Shown one piece after another: positions 1-7,644 of a DNA stretch of 64,000 nucleotides (positions are counted from its first letter, which is position 1; every line of letters starts with the position of its first letter). This DNA is from Clostridiales bacterium (GTDB lineage: Bacteria > Bacillota > Clostridia > Saccharofermentanales > Saccharofermentanaceae): assembly GCA_017513085.1 (NCBI GenBank), contig JAFWDK010000010.1:160001-224000 (forward strand), in the 5' to 3' direction. Made by a program: the position numbers and the translations under genes. A model generated the notes under the pieces. The model did not search any database, was not told where the DNA came from, and saw only the letters and a program-made list of their open reading frames with translations.

Positions 1-58
1 ATGATTTGAGGCGATCCATTTTTGTGTTCGAATATTTCTTTTTGATTCGTGATCCGGA

Positions 59-2929
59 TCACTTTTTATACTTTACATAGAAGTTCGTGATCTTATATGT
101 TCCGATCTTTGAAGCGCCGGTAGCAGAAACGTCGGCATAGATCGTCTCTCCTTTGGCAAGGGCAAGATCACAGTTAGGGTAGAGGTAGAAGGTATTTTTC
201 GTTCCTTTTTTGCGCTCTACGGTAAAGTATGTACTGGTTACTTCTTCGATTGTCGTTCCGGTATCGTATGTGATCGTAATATACTCGATAGAGGCATTGA
301 TCGTTGAGGTCTGTTTGCCGGTGTTTTCGAGCTTGATATCGAAAGAACAGTTCTTGCCGGAAGCCTTGGCATTCTTGATGGAGGTCTTGAATGTCGTAAC
401 CGGGTAATTAGAGGAACCCGGTGCAGAAGTGGTCGTTGTAGGCTCTTCTGTTGTAGTAGTCGGAGCTTCTGTAGTTGTGGTAGCCTCAGTAGTCGTCGTG
501 GTCGGCGCCTCTGTGGTGGTAGTAGTCGGCTCCTCGGTAGTTGTGGTTGTCGGCTCCTCTGTGGTAGTAGTAGGTGCTTCTGTCGTAGTCGTTGTAGCTT
601 CCGTTGTAGTAGTTGTCGTCGTTTCTTCCTTAGAAGTCGTCGTTGTTGTCTCTTCCTCAGTTGTTTCTTTAGAGGTCATAAAAGGATTAGACGCTGTTGT
701 TGTGGAATAAGTCAGACTGGAAGTGTTCTTGGTGGAAGAGAAGGACTTTCCTAAATCAAAATGCTTCCAGCAGAAGATAATGCCACCAAGGAAAGCAAGT
801 GCTACGGCCGTCAGAATGATCGGCTTTGCCACAGAACCCTTGCGCTCAGTGTGCTCTTGCTGGGTGATCGGAGTGATCGTGGAACCTCTCTGGGAAGCTG
901 CACTATAACGGAGATGCTGGGTATTCACGATCTGAGCACTGGTGCTGATCGGTTTATTAGCGCCAGGTCTGGTAATCGGGGCTTCAGAGGCCGGTCTTGT
1001 TCCAGGACGCTGAGAAGAGGAGACACTTTCGTCTGAACGGGATTTCTGGGATTCGCGTTCTGTTTGTGCATGCATGGATCCAGGACGCTGTCTGTAGACG
1101 TCAGCACGCTGCTGTTCGGCAACTTCTGCATCTATCTGTGCCTGTTTTTCCTCACGGATCTTCTGTGCGATAGACGCAGCGAATACAGTCTCATCTTCGT
1201 CTCCGAAGAGAAGATGGTTCTGTGTAACCGGTGAATCTTCGTTCTCCTCTGCATTGGTTGTATCTTCAGAATCGGGAACTCCATTATAAACCTGCTCGAT
1301 CGGCTCAAGATCTGAAGCGGAAATGGAAACATTTGGTTTTACGACAGGTGTGTAATTGATCGTAGGGCTCTCATTCGACTCTGTTGACTGATAGATCGCT
1401 TGATATTCAGGACCGTCTTCTGTCTGTGTTTCCTCGGCTTTATCTGTTTCAGCAGTTTCTTCAGAGAAGGAGGAGTCATAACTGGATTCTTCCGTTTCTT
1501 CGTCAGAGGCTAGAGCCATCATCGGATCTTCCAAAGGTGTAGTGTCGTAAATGGCAGCCGCTACTGCCGCCTCATCCGGCTGTTCGGAAACAGGTTCTTC
1601 GACAGTGATCTCGATCGGTTCAGCAGATGTTCCCTCTGCTTCAGAAGAAGAAGTATCTTCAGAAACTTCAGGAATTTCTTCAACGATCGCATCAATTGCT
1701 TCGGATTCGCTTTGTTCGGCTGTTTGCTCAAAAGATTCCACGGCTTCTACAGCATCTGCAACTACCGGTTCATCCATTGTTTCTTCAACTGTCTCTTCGA
1801 CGGCTTGCTCGATATTTTCAGATACTTCTTCGGAGGATCCGGAAATCGTATCCTCGATTTCTTCCTGAGCATCTGCAATCTCTTCAACGATGTTTTCTTC
1901 CGGAATTTCAGAAGAAACAGGTTCTGCCTCCTGAGTTTCTTCAATGACAGGTTCCGTAACAGGCTCGGAAACCGCTTGCGTTACTTCCGCATTAACTTTA
2001 TCGGATTCGGAATCAGCTACCGGTTCGTCAAAATCCGGAATCGTTTCTTCGTCCCCGGCAAAAGCATCCATGACAGGATCTTCGATCGGAGAAGTGTCAT
2101 ACAAAGGTACATTACTAACGTCCGGAATGGGTTCGCTCTCAGTTGCATCAGAAGAAATATCTTCAGCAGAAGTATCAGCAGAAGCATCGACCGGAGTTTC
2201 TACAGGGATATCGACCGGAATATCGACAGGAATGTCAGTTGCCTGGATATCTGAAGATGAATTGTCAGTTTCCGTTTCAGGCTCAGATTCTTCCTGTTCG
2301 TCAAATACCGGCGCAGAAGCCGGCTTAAAAGCAGCAAACGGTGAAATGTCCGAATCGCCGAGGCTGGCATTGATCTCGTCTTCCAATGACGTGTCGGCTT
2401 CGTATTTCGGTGTGTTTGTGAAAATATCATTTCTTCCGTAGATATCGATCGGAGCAGAAGAAGTTGTCTCGGGTTCCTCGGGGATCTCCGGAGAAGAAAC
2501 CTCTTCGGCTATTTCAGCAGTTGGACCCTCTTCGTAATCATTATATCCGCTTGAACCGAACAAAGCGGACTGTGTGTCGGCAACTGCCTGCGCATGCTGC
2601 TGTTCAAGATCATCGAATCGTAATTCGTCATCGATGTTGCCGAAGCCGGACTGTGAAGAATTGTTCTGCTCACGTAGCGCGTCGGAAACATTCTTAGCGG
2701 GATCATTGGCTTTAAATGACAGGAAAAGAGGACGCTTGACTGAATCGTCATCTGAAGTTTCCCCGTCTTGACCATTTCTGTGGATGAAAGACTGGTTAGC
2801 AGAAGAAACATCGTCTGATTTCATAAATGTGCCAAAAACAGACGGATCTTGAGAATCCTCAAATTCCTCCTCGGGCGCATGCATGAGATGCTCTTTCTTT
2901 TTACCTTCACCATCGTGTCCTAGAAGCAT
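59..2929 (-). CDS. Large bitopic membrane protein: ~700-aa acidic low-complexity N-terminus, one TM helix, Thr-rich linker, ~115-aa C-terminal beta-domain (possibly CBM/Ig-like)
   Basis: 956-aa ORF with GGAGG RBS 9 nt upstream of the ATG; E/D/S/P-rich N-terminus; TM PIILTAVALAFLGGIIFCW; TTTTEAP/TTTTEEP repeats; C-terminal FDIKLENTG...LAKGET. Confidence 0.85.
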   Translation of the reverse strand: MLLGHDGEGKKKEHLMHAPEEEFEDSQDPSVFGTFMKSDDVSSANQSFIHRNGQDGETSDDDSVKRPLFLSFKANDPAKNVSDALREQNNSSQSGFGNIDDELRFDDLEQQHAQAVADTQSALFGSSGYNDYEEGPTAEIAEEVSSPEIPEEPETTSSAPIDIYGRNDIFTNTPKYEADTSLEDEINASLGDSDISPFAAFKPASAPVFDEQEESEPETETDNSSSDIQATDIPVDIPVDIPVETPVDASADTSAEDISSDATESEPIPDVSNVPLYDTSPIEDPVMDAFAGDEETIPDFDEPVADSESDKVNAEVTQAVSEPVTEPVIEETQEAEPVSSEIPEENIVEEIADAQEEIEDTISGSSEEVSENIEQAVEETVEETMDEPVVADAVEAVESFEQTAEQSESEAIDAIVEEIPEVSEDTSSSEAEGTSAEPIEITVEEPVSEQPDEAAVAAAIYDTTPLEDPMMALASDEETEESSYDSSFSEETAETDKAEETQTEDGPEYQAIYQSTESNESPTINYTPVVKPNVSISASDLEPIEQVYNGVPDSEDTTNAEENEDSPVTQNHLLFGDEDETVFAASIAQKIREEKQAQIDAEVAEQQRADVYRQRPGSMHAQTERESQKSRSDESVSSSQRPGTRPASEAPITRPGANKPISTSAQIVNTQHLRYSAASQRGSTITPITQQEHTERKGSVAKPIILTAVALAFLGGIIFCWKHFDLGKSFSSTKNTSSLTYSTTTASNPFMTSKETTEEETTTTTSKEETTTTTTTEATTTTTEAPTTTTEEPTTTTTEEPTTTTTEAPTTTTTEATTTTEAPTTTTEEPTTTTSAPGSSNYPVTTFKTSIKNAKASGKNCSFDIKLENTGKQTSTINASIEYITITYDTGTTIEEVTSTYFTVERKKGTKNTFYLYPNCDLALAKGETIYADVSATGASKIGTYKITNFYVKYKK
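425..670 (-). repeat. Degenerate coding tandem repeat encoding a Thr-rich linker (TTTTTEAP/TTTTEEP units)
   Basis: Repeated gtagtagtcggc/tcctctgtggt-type units; the protein repeat is visible in the ORF translation. Confidence 0.9.
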
Positions 2930-3041
2930 CGTGTGATTCCTCCAAATTCATACTCATGTTATAAGACTATATATTATCTTATTTCAAATAATAGTTTTCC
3001 GCAACAAAAACAGAATACGTTTTTTTGTTTTTTTCAGTGCT

Positions 3042-3074
3042 CTTTTCGACAAAAGCACTATGATTGTCGAAAAG
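3042..3074. promoter_or_regulatory. Perfect 11-bp inverted repeat upstream of comEA, each arm containing a TGTCGAA (0A-box-like) heptamer
   Basis: CTTTTCGACAA-N11-TTGTCGAAAAG in the divergent intergenic region; TGNCGAA is the established Spo0A box. Confidence 0.55.
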
Positions 3075-3133
3075 TGTTGTCTCTGTTTTTGCTTCGTTTT
3101 TTTACAATGTTTCTGAGATAAGGAGGAAGAAAC

Positions 3134-3793
3134 ATGGAGATCGATAAGAGACGAATCCTGATATCTTGCGTGGTTATTGTATTAGGACTTCTTGTCTATG
3201 TTTTCCGTAACTGGCCGATAGGATTCCGATCCAGGCAGATCCAGGTAGAAACAGAAAGTACGGTAAGTGCTGTGGAAGAGAGTACTGAAGAGGACTCCAC
3301 GGAAGAGAGTACTTCACAACTTCTGAGCCCTGTATATATTTGCGGGGCTGTGAAGAATCCGGGCATTTATGAGACCCGGCTTCCCGTATACCTGTTTGAA
3401 CTGATAGATCTTGCAGGAGGTTTAGCGGATGGCGCTGATCAGGAGAAGATAGATCTTGTTTATCAGATAAAGTTCGCGCAGAGCATCTATTTGCCATATG
3501 AAGCGGAGACGACAGATATGACAGATCGTCAATGGAATGATTTTATAGAAATCACGACAGATCCCTGGTCGGAACCGGAAAAGCGAGAGGAAAGCGAGGA
3601 AGGAAAGATCAACATTAACACTGCTGATGCAGCGGCTCTTAGTACGCTTCCGGGCATAGGTGAAAAAACCGCTGAATCTATTCTTGCCTATCGGCAGGAA
3701 CATGGAACTTTTTCCCGAATTGACGATATAAAGCAGGTTTCCGGCATCGGCGAGTCAAAATATGAGAAGATCAAGGACCGGATTAGCGTGTAA
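3134..3793 (+). CDS. comEA: Competence DNA-binding protein ComEA (N-terminal TM, SLBB domain, HhH motifs)
   Basis: VYICGAVKNPGIY (SLBB), KININTAD...LSTLPGIGEKTA...VSGIGESKYEKI (HhH); AGGAGG RBS. Confidence 0.93.
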   Translation: MEIDKRRILISCVVIVLGLLVYVFRNWPIGFRSRQIQVETESTVSAVEESTEEDSTEESTSQLLSPVYICGAVKNPGIYETRLPVYLFELIDLAGGLADGADQEKIDLVYQIKFAQSIYLPYEAETTDMTDRQWNDFIEITTDPWSEPEKREESEEGKININTADAAALSTLPGIGEKTAESILAYRQEHGTFSRIDDIKQVSGIGESKYEKIKDRISV

Positions 3794-3815
3794 GTATAAT
3801 GTCAGAAAAAACTGT

Positions 3816-3844
3816 TTGACATATGAGTATATCAATGGTAATCT
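3816..3844 (+). promoter_or_regulatory. sigma-A promoter for the tRNA pair
   Basis: TTGACA-N17-TAATCT with a TG extension, about 25 nt before tRNA-Leu. Confidence 0.7.
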
Positions 3845-3868
3845 TTATAGGCACCGAAGGAAATCCTT

Positions 3869-3955
3869 GCTCGTGTGGCGGAATAGGCAGACGCAACGGA
3901 CTTAAAATCCGTCGGGGTAAAACCCGTACCGGTTCAAGTCCGGTCACGAGCACCA
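3869..3955 (+). tRNA. tRNA-Leu (anticodon TAA)
   Basis: Acceptor stem GCTCGTG/CACGAGC, anticodon arm ACGGA-CTTAAAA-TCCGT, long variable arm, GGTTCAAGTCC, encoded CCA. Confidence 0.97.
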
Positions 3956-3973
3956 TTTAGGTGGAAAACATAT

Positions 3974-4050
3974 CGCGGAGTGGAGCAGTTGGTAGCTTGT
4001 CGGGCTCATAACCCGAAGGTCGCGAGGTTCGAGTCCCGCCTCCGCAACCA
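3974..4050 (+). tRNA. Initiator tRNA-fMet (anticodon CAT)
   Basis: C1-A72 mismatch, GGG/CCC pairs in the anticodon stem (TCGGG-CTCATAA-CCCGA), TTCGAGT loop, CCA end. Confidence 0.95.
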
Positions 4051-4054
4051 CATG

Positions 4055-4090
4055 AAGATCCCGGATCATTTCCGGGATCTTTTTTTCTTT
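4055..4090 (+). terminator. Intrinsic terminator after the tRNAs
   Basis: AAGATCCCGGA-tcatt-TCCGGGATCTT followed by a T tract. Confidence 0.9.
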
Positions 4091-4113
4091 TTTCTTTCAT
4101 TTACAGGTATATT

Positions 4114-4141
4114 TTGCATTTGTGAATCGTTGCGATATAAT
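4114..4141 (+). promoter_or_regulatory. Putative sigma-A promoter for the 4173-7530 operon
   Basis: TTGCAT-N16-TATAAT; GAGGTG RBS before the GTG start. Confidence 0.55.
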
Positions 4142-4172
4142 TACTACAGTATTTATTTAATGAGGTGAAAAA

Positions 4173-4859
4173 GTGGCTTCGACTGATAAATCAAATTCAG
4201 CCTCTAATGCTGCCGGTAATGTAGCGAAGATCGTATTCCTGTCGTTATTCGCTCTTGCTTTGGTTGTTGTCTCAGTGTCTTTTGCCATTCATCATATGAG
4301 GATCGGTTTTGAAAAGGAGTACGATCGTATTCTGATCAACCGTATTCAGGTGGATGCGCAGAATGCTGCTCTGGCTGTTTCCGGAGATGAAATCGTTAAT
4401 GATCCGGCGGCTGCGGCCGTGAAATATAAAGCTATCCTTCCTTATATGCTGATGGATGCAAACGAGAAAGACTATTCTGTTCAGGCTTTCGGTCTTTATA
4501 ACTATTTGAACGGTTCCTTGTCAGTATTGACAGGAAACGATTCGGATCTGCTTGTAGCTACCAAGATCCCGGTTTCTGATTGGCTGACTGCGGAAATGAA
4601 ACCTTATGAGATCAAGGATGAATATTTGTATCATTACCTGATCCCGATCTCTGATTCTCAGGGAAATGCTTGCGCACTGCTGGAGCTTTCAGCGAAATCC
4701 GCCGAAATCGAAACTCTTGGTAATAAACTCGAATCCGTGATCTTGTCGACGGTGATCCTGGCTGTTTTGATTGCTATGGCGATATTCTCCTTGCAGTATA
4801 TTATTCCGCCGGTCATCACGCTGATTTCTAATAAGAACAATGCGGAGGCAAAATTATGA
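4173..4859 (+). CDS. Two-TM membrane protein with an extracytoplasmic Cache/PDC-like sensor domain and no cytoplasmic output domain
   Basis: TM1 (IVFLSLFALALVVVSVSFAI), ~145-aa loop ending YLIPISDSQGNACALLEL (the PI-x-D-x-x-G-x-x-x-x-hydrophobic end typical of Cache domains), TM2, short tail. Confidence 0.65.
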   Translation: MASTDKSNSASNAAGNVAKIVFLSLFALALVVVSVSFAIHHMRIGFEKEYDRILINRIQVDAQNAALAVSGDEIVNDPAAAAVKYKAILPYMLMDANEKDYSVQAFGLYNYLNGSLSVLTGNDSDLLVATKIPVSDWLTAEMKPYEIKDEYLYHYLIPISDSQGNACALLELSAKSAEIETLGNKLESVILSTVILAVLIAMAIFSLQYIIPPVITLISNKNNAEAKL

Positions 4860-6784
4860 ACGATTATTTTGTAGATAATTTTACCAAAGCACCTCGAGGG
4901 AAAAAGGCTATTGCCAGCCAGATCGGTTTTTGCCTGGTCACCACTCTTGTAATTTTGTTTGTTGTTTCTTCTTTGGTTACCAAGGTGTATGTTTCGGCGT
5001 TACAGTCTCAGAGAAAGACTGCATTGTCTTCCTATACGGCATCTTTGTCGGTAGCGCTTTCGCATAGGTCAATGTCTCCTGACATGGCTTTGCCATTAGC
5101 AGTTCCTCAGTATGATACGGATAAATCGTATATTGTTAATATTTATCAGAAGGCCGGAAATTCTTTCCTTCGCGTCTATACTTCTGACAAGTCTTATGAT
5201 GAGAGTAAGGAGTATGTTCTGAGCGGAGCAGGTGAGGAATACACAGAGGCTTTCGATAAGCAGGAACTGATCGTTTCCCGACGCAATGATTCGGGTACTC
5301 TTTATGTCACTTCAGTGGCACCGATCGTGAGCACGGACGGAACGATTGCAGGTATCGTCGAAGTCATGCAGCCACAGAGTGCTTTTGTCACCACAGTAAA
5401 CGGTATGTCCCTTTCATGGCTCTTTACGATCATTTCCATTGCTGTAGCCATTACGATCATCTACGGAGAGATGAGAAGCCTTCTCGATGCGTTGATCAAA
5501 GAACCGGATAAGCGGGTTCCGAAGATCGTCAGCTATGGTTTCTCAACATTCCGTCTTATTGCTTTCTTTTCAAGTATCGGATGCTCGATCCCTCTGATCG
5601 TTCTGTGCTCATATTTGAAGGATTCTTTGCGTGATTATACGGATAACCATATGGTGGTCCAGATATGGATCATCCTCGCTGTATTTATGTTCCTGCTTGG
5701 TTTCTGGAGATTCTCACGTTTGAGAGATTTTATCATCAGAAAATTCACGGCAAGGATCGCTGTAATCATTTCTGTAGTCAGTGCGTTCCTGCTTCTGTTG
5801 ATCTGCGGTGTTGTGGATATTCCTTTTGTGACGATCTTCCTGCAGTTCCCGATCGGTTTTTTCCTGGGTATGCTTTTCCAGTTTCAGAGAGAATACCGTC
5901 TTTTTGCTTCCCGTTGTGGTCAGGCAGAGTATACGGAGACGAAGATCCATCAGACACAATATGCCGGCTATGTTCTTGGCGCAATCGTCGGTGCCGTTAT
6001 CGGTGGCATCCTTTACGAGAGATTCGGACTGTTTGTAGTACTAATGGTCTCATCCTTCTTCCTGTTTGTGGATGCGATCCAGGTACTGTACTTTGTCCGT
6101 CACTGTCCTCCGTCCAATGAGCCGGTCATCCGCTTGCCGAATTTCTTCTATGCTTTGAAAAATTCCAAGTCCGGAACCTTTGTATGGAGTACGGTTTTCC
6201 CGTTGGGCGTGCATTTCTCGTTTTTCCTGGTATTCATTCCGGATTATCTTGAGCGTGTGCGTATTTCTTTGGCAACACTTTCTTTCTACTATATTGTCTG
6301 CATTGTTGGCGGACAGATCGTATTGAAGCTTCTTACGATCTGGTTTGAGGATTTCTTTACGGCACAGACAAGGATCACTTTACAGGCTATCCTTGCTGCT
6401 GTGGGATATCTCATCTTTGCTTTGTCGCCATCCGCTAAGACACTTGTGATCTGTGTAGCTTTCCTGGGACTTTCTTTGGGTCTGCACGAATTCGGATACC
6501 TGGATTACTACAAATCCTTGATCCGTCAAGACAAGCATCCTGTAGCCAGAGTTGTCCTGATGAGAGCTTTTACAGGTGGTTCACTGATCGGCGCGATCAT
6601 TTTCGGATTTGTGAATCAATTCGAAAATATCCGAGTCGTGATGGTTGCAGTAACGTTGATCCTGCTTGTTATTTCTGCTTCGTATCCGCTCCTGATGCTG
6701 ATGGATAATTCGGCGCAGAATCAAAAGAAACGCAATTCCGGCAATCGTCCGCGTCTGCCGGAGAACGACAGCGAGGAGGTTTGA
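4856..6784 (+). CDS. Fusion of an N-terminal TM-Cache-like-TM sensor module with a ~12-TM MFS-like domain
   Basis: LYVTSVAPIVSTDGTIAGIVEV (Cache-like end); C-terminal ~420 aa with repeated hydrophobic helices and GAIVGAVIGGILYERFG (MFS TM5-like); ATGA overlap with the upstream gene. Confidence 0.7.
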   Translation: MNDYFVDNFTKAPRGKKAIASQIGFCLVTTLVILFVVSSLVTKVYVSALQSQRKTALSSYTASLSVALSHRSMSPDMALPLAVPQYDTDKSYIVNIYQKAGNSFLRVYTSDKSYDESKEYVLSGAGEEYTEAFDKQELIVSRRNDSGTLYVTSVAPIVSTDGTIAGIVEVMQPQSAFVTTVNGMSLSWLFTIISIAVAITIIYGEMRSLLDALIKEPDKRVPKIVSYGFSTFRLIAFFSSIGCSIPLIVLCSYLKDSLRDYTDNHMVVQIWIILAVFMFLLGFWRFSRLRDFIIRKFTARIAVIISVVSAFLLLLICGVVDIPFVTIFLQFPIGFFLGMLFQFQREYRLFASRCGQAEYTETKIHQTQYAGYVLGAIVGAVIGGILYERFGLFVVLMVSSFFLFVDAIQVLYFVRHCPPSNEPVIRLPNFFYALKNSKSGTFVWSTVFPLGVHFSFFLVFIPDYLERVRISLATLSFYYIVCIVGGQIVLKLLTIWFEDFFTAQTRITLQAILAAVGYLIFALSPSAKTLVICVAFLGLSLGLHEFGYLDYYKSLIRQDKHPVARVVLMRAFTGGSLIGAIIFGFVNQFENIRVVMVAVTLILLVISASYPLLMLMDNSAQNQKKRNSGNRPRLPENDSEEV

Positions 6785-6789
6785 GATTC

Positions 6790-7530
6790 ATGGATATGTG
6801 GAATCAAAAATTGAATCGTGAGAACATAGAACAGTTCTATGATATGTACGCCGCTTTTGCATATAAGTGCGCATACAAGAATCTTCGTGATACGACTCGT
6901 GCTGAAATGTGTGTAGTGGAAGCTTTTATCGATACCTATCACAAGAGAGCAAAACTTGACGAGGAGAATGTGATATACTTTTTCTCCGATGCGCTTCAGC
7001 TACATATTAATGAAATGGCGGCAAAATACCCGGTTGCGAACGAATCTGCTGCTGTTTCCAAGTCTTTGGATGAGTATACGGCTTCAACGATGAAGCAAGA
7101 GATCCTGGAGAAGATCGATTCTCCGAAATTCCGTATCGCGGAATTTGTTTCTGCGACCCCGGATAATCGTATACGAAGAAGAACCCCGATCATGGAATTC
7201 ATGCAGAATTCCGGTATTACGATCATTCTTCTTATCAAGCTTGTTGTGTTGGCGATCGTGATTGCCGTGGCGACATACTTTGCCGGCACGACGCTTTTCC
7301 ATGGTTCGGATTATGTGGTGAGCAATACGATGAAGGACTCCAAAAAACTTGAGGAGAATATTGTCAGCGCGCTAGATTATCTCCCGGTATCGATCAATGG
7401 ATATAAGACTGAAGAAGGCGAGAAGAGTCAGGAAACTTCTCAGGAGAGTCAGACGACCGAGTCCCAAGATACATCTTCTGAAACCGCTGAAACGACTAAG
7501 GATACCGAGCCTTCTGCTACGCGTGGTTGA
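6790..7530 (+). CDS. Membrane-anchored protein with an N-terminal ECF sigma-70 region-2-like domain; no region 4 visible
   Basis: IEQFYDMYAAFAYKCAYKNLRDTTRAEMCVVEAFIDTY resembles ECF sigma region 2; TM ITIILLIKLVVLAIVIAVATYF; S/T/E-rich tail; GGAGG 10 nt before ATG 6790 (the ORF track starts at TTG 6781). Confidence 0.6.
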   Translation: MDMWNQKLNRENIEQFYDMYAAFAYKCAYKNLRDTTRAEMCVVEAFIDTYHKRAKLDEENVIYFFSDALQLHINEMAAKYPVANESAAVSKSLDEYTASTMKQEILEKIDSPKFRIAEFVSATPDNRIRRRTPIMEFMQNSGITIILLIKLVVLAIVIAVATYFAGTTLFHGSDYVVSNTMKDSKKLEENIVSALDYLPVSINGYKTEEGEKSQETSQESQTTESQDTSSETAETTKDTEPSATRG

Positions 7531-7531
7531 G

Positions 7532-7608
7532 TTTTGTAATATTTCAATTTTGTAATATTCAGCCGAAAAACAAGACGATTTGCCAAATATGGATTAAAAT
7601 AATAAGAT
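7532..7608 (+). promoter_or_regulatory. Direct repeat TTTTGTAATATT x2 followed by a putative promoter for the LCP gene
   Basis: Repeats at 7532-7543 and 7548-7559; TTGCCA-N17-TAAGAT at 7580-7608. Confidence 0.45.
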
Positions 7609-7644
7609 GTCAATCAATAAGATGAGTTGAAGGAAAAAGGAAAA

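Noticed and set aside
1-58. Possible start of another minus-strand gene at the window edge (ATG at 19)
   Set aside because: Only a few codons are visible and there is no clear RBS, so it cannot be supported.
425-670. Repetitive DNA as a possible CRISPR-like array
   Set aside because: The repeats are in-frame, synonymously diverged Thr-rich codons with no repeat-spacer structure and no cas genes nearby.
3869-4050. tRNA pair as a possible integration site for an island starting at 4173
   Set aside because: I saw no integrase, transposase or duplicated tRNA 3' end (att site) anywhere in the window.
3980-4168. 62-aa ORF in the ORF track
   Set aside because: It overlaps the tRNA-fMet gene and its terminator, so it is spurious.
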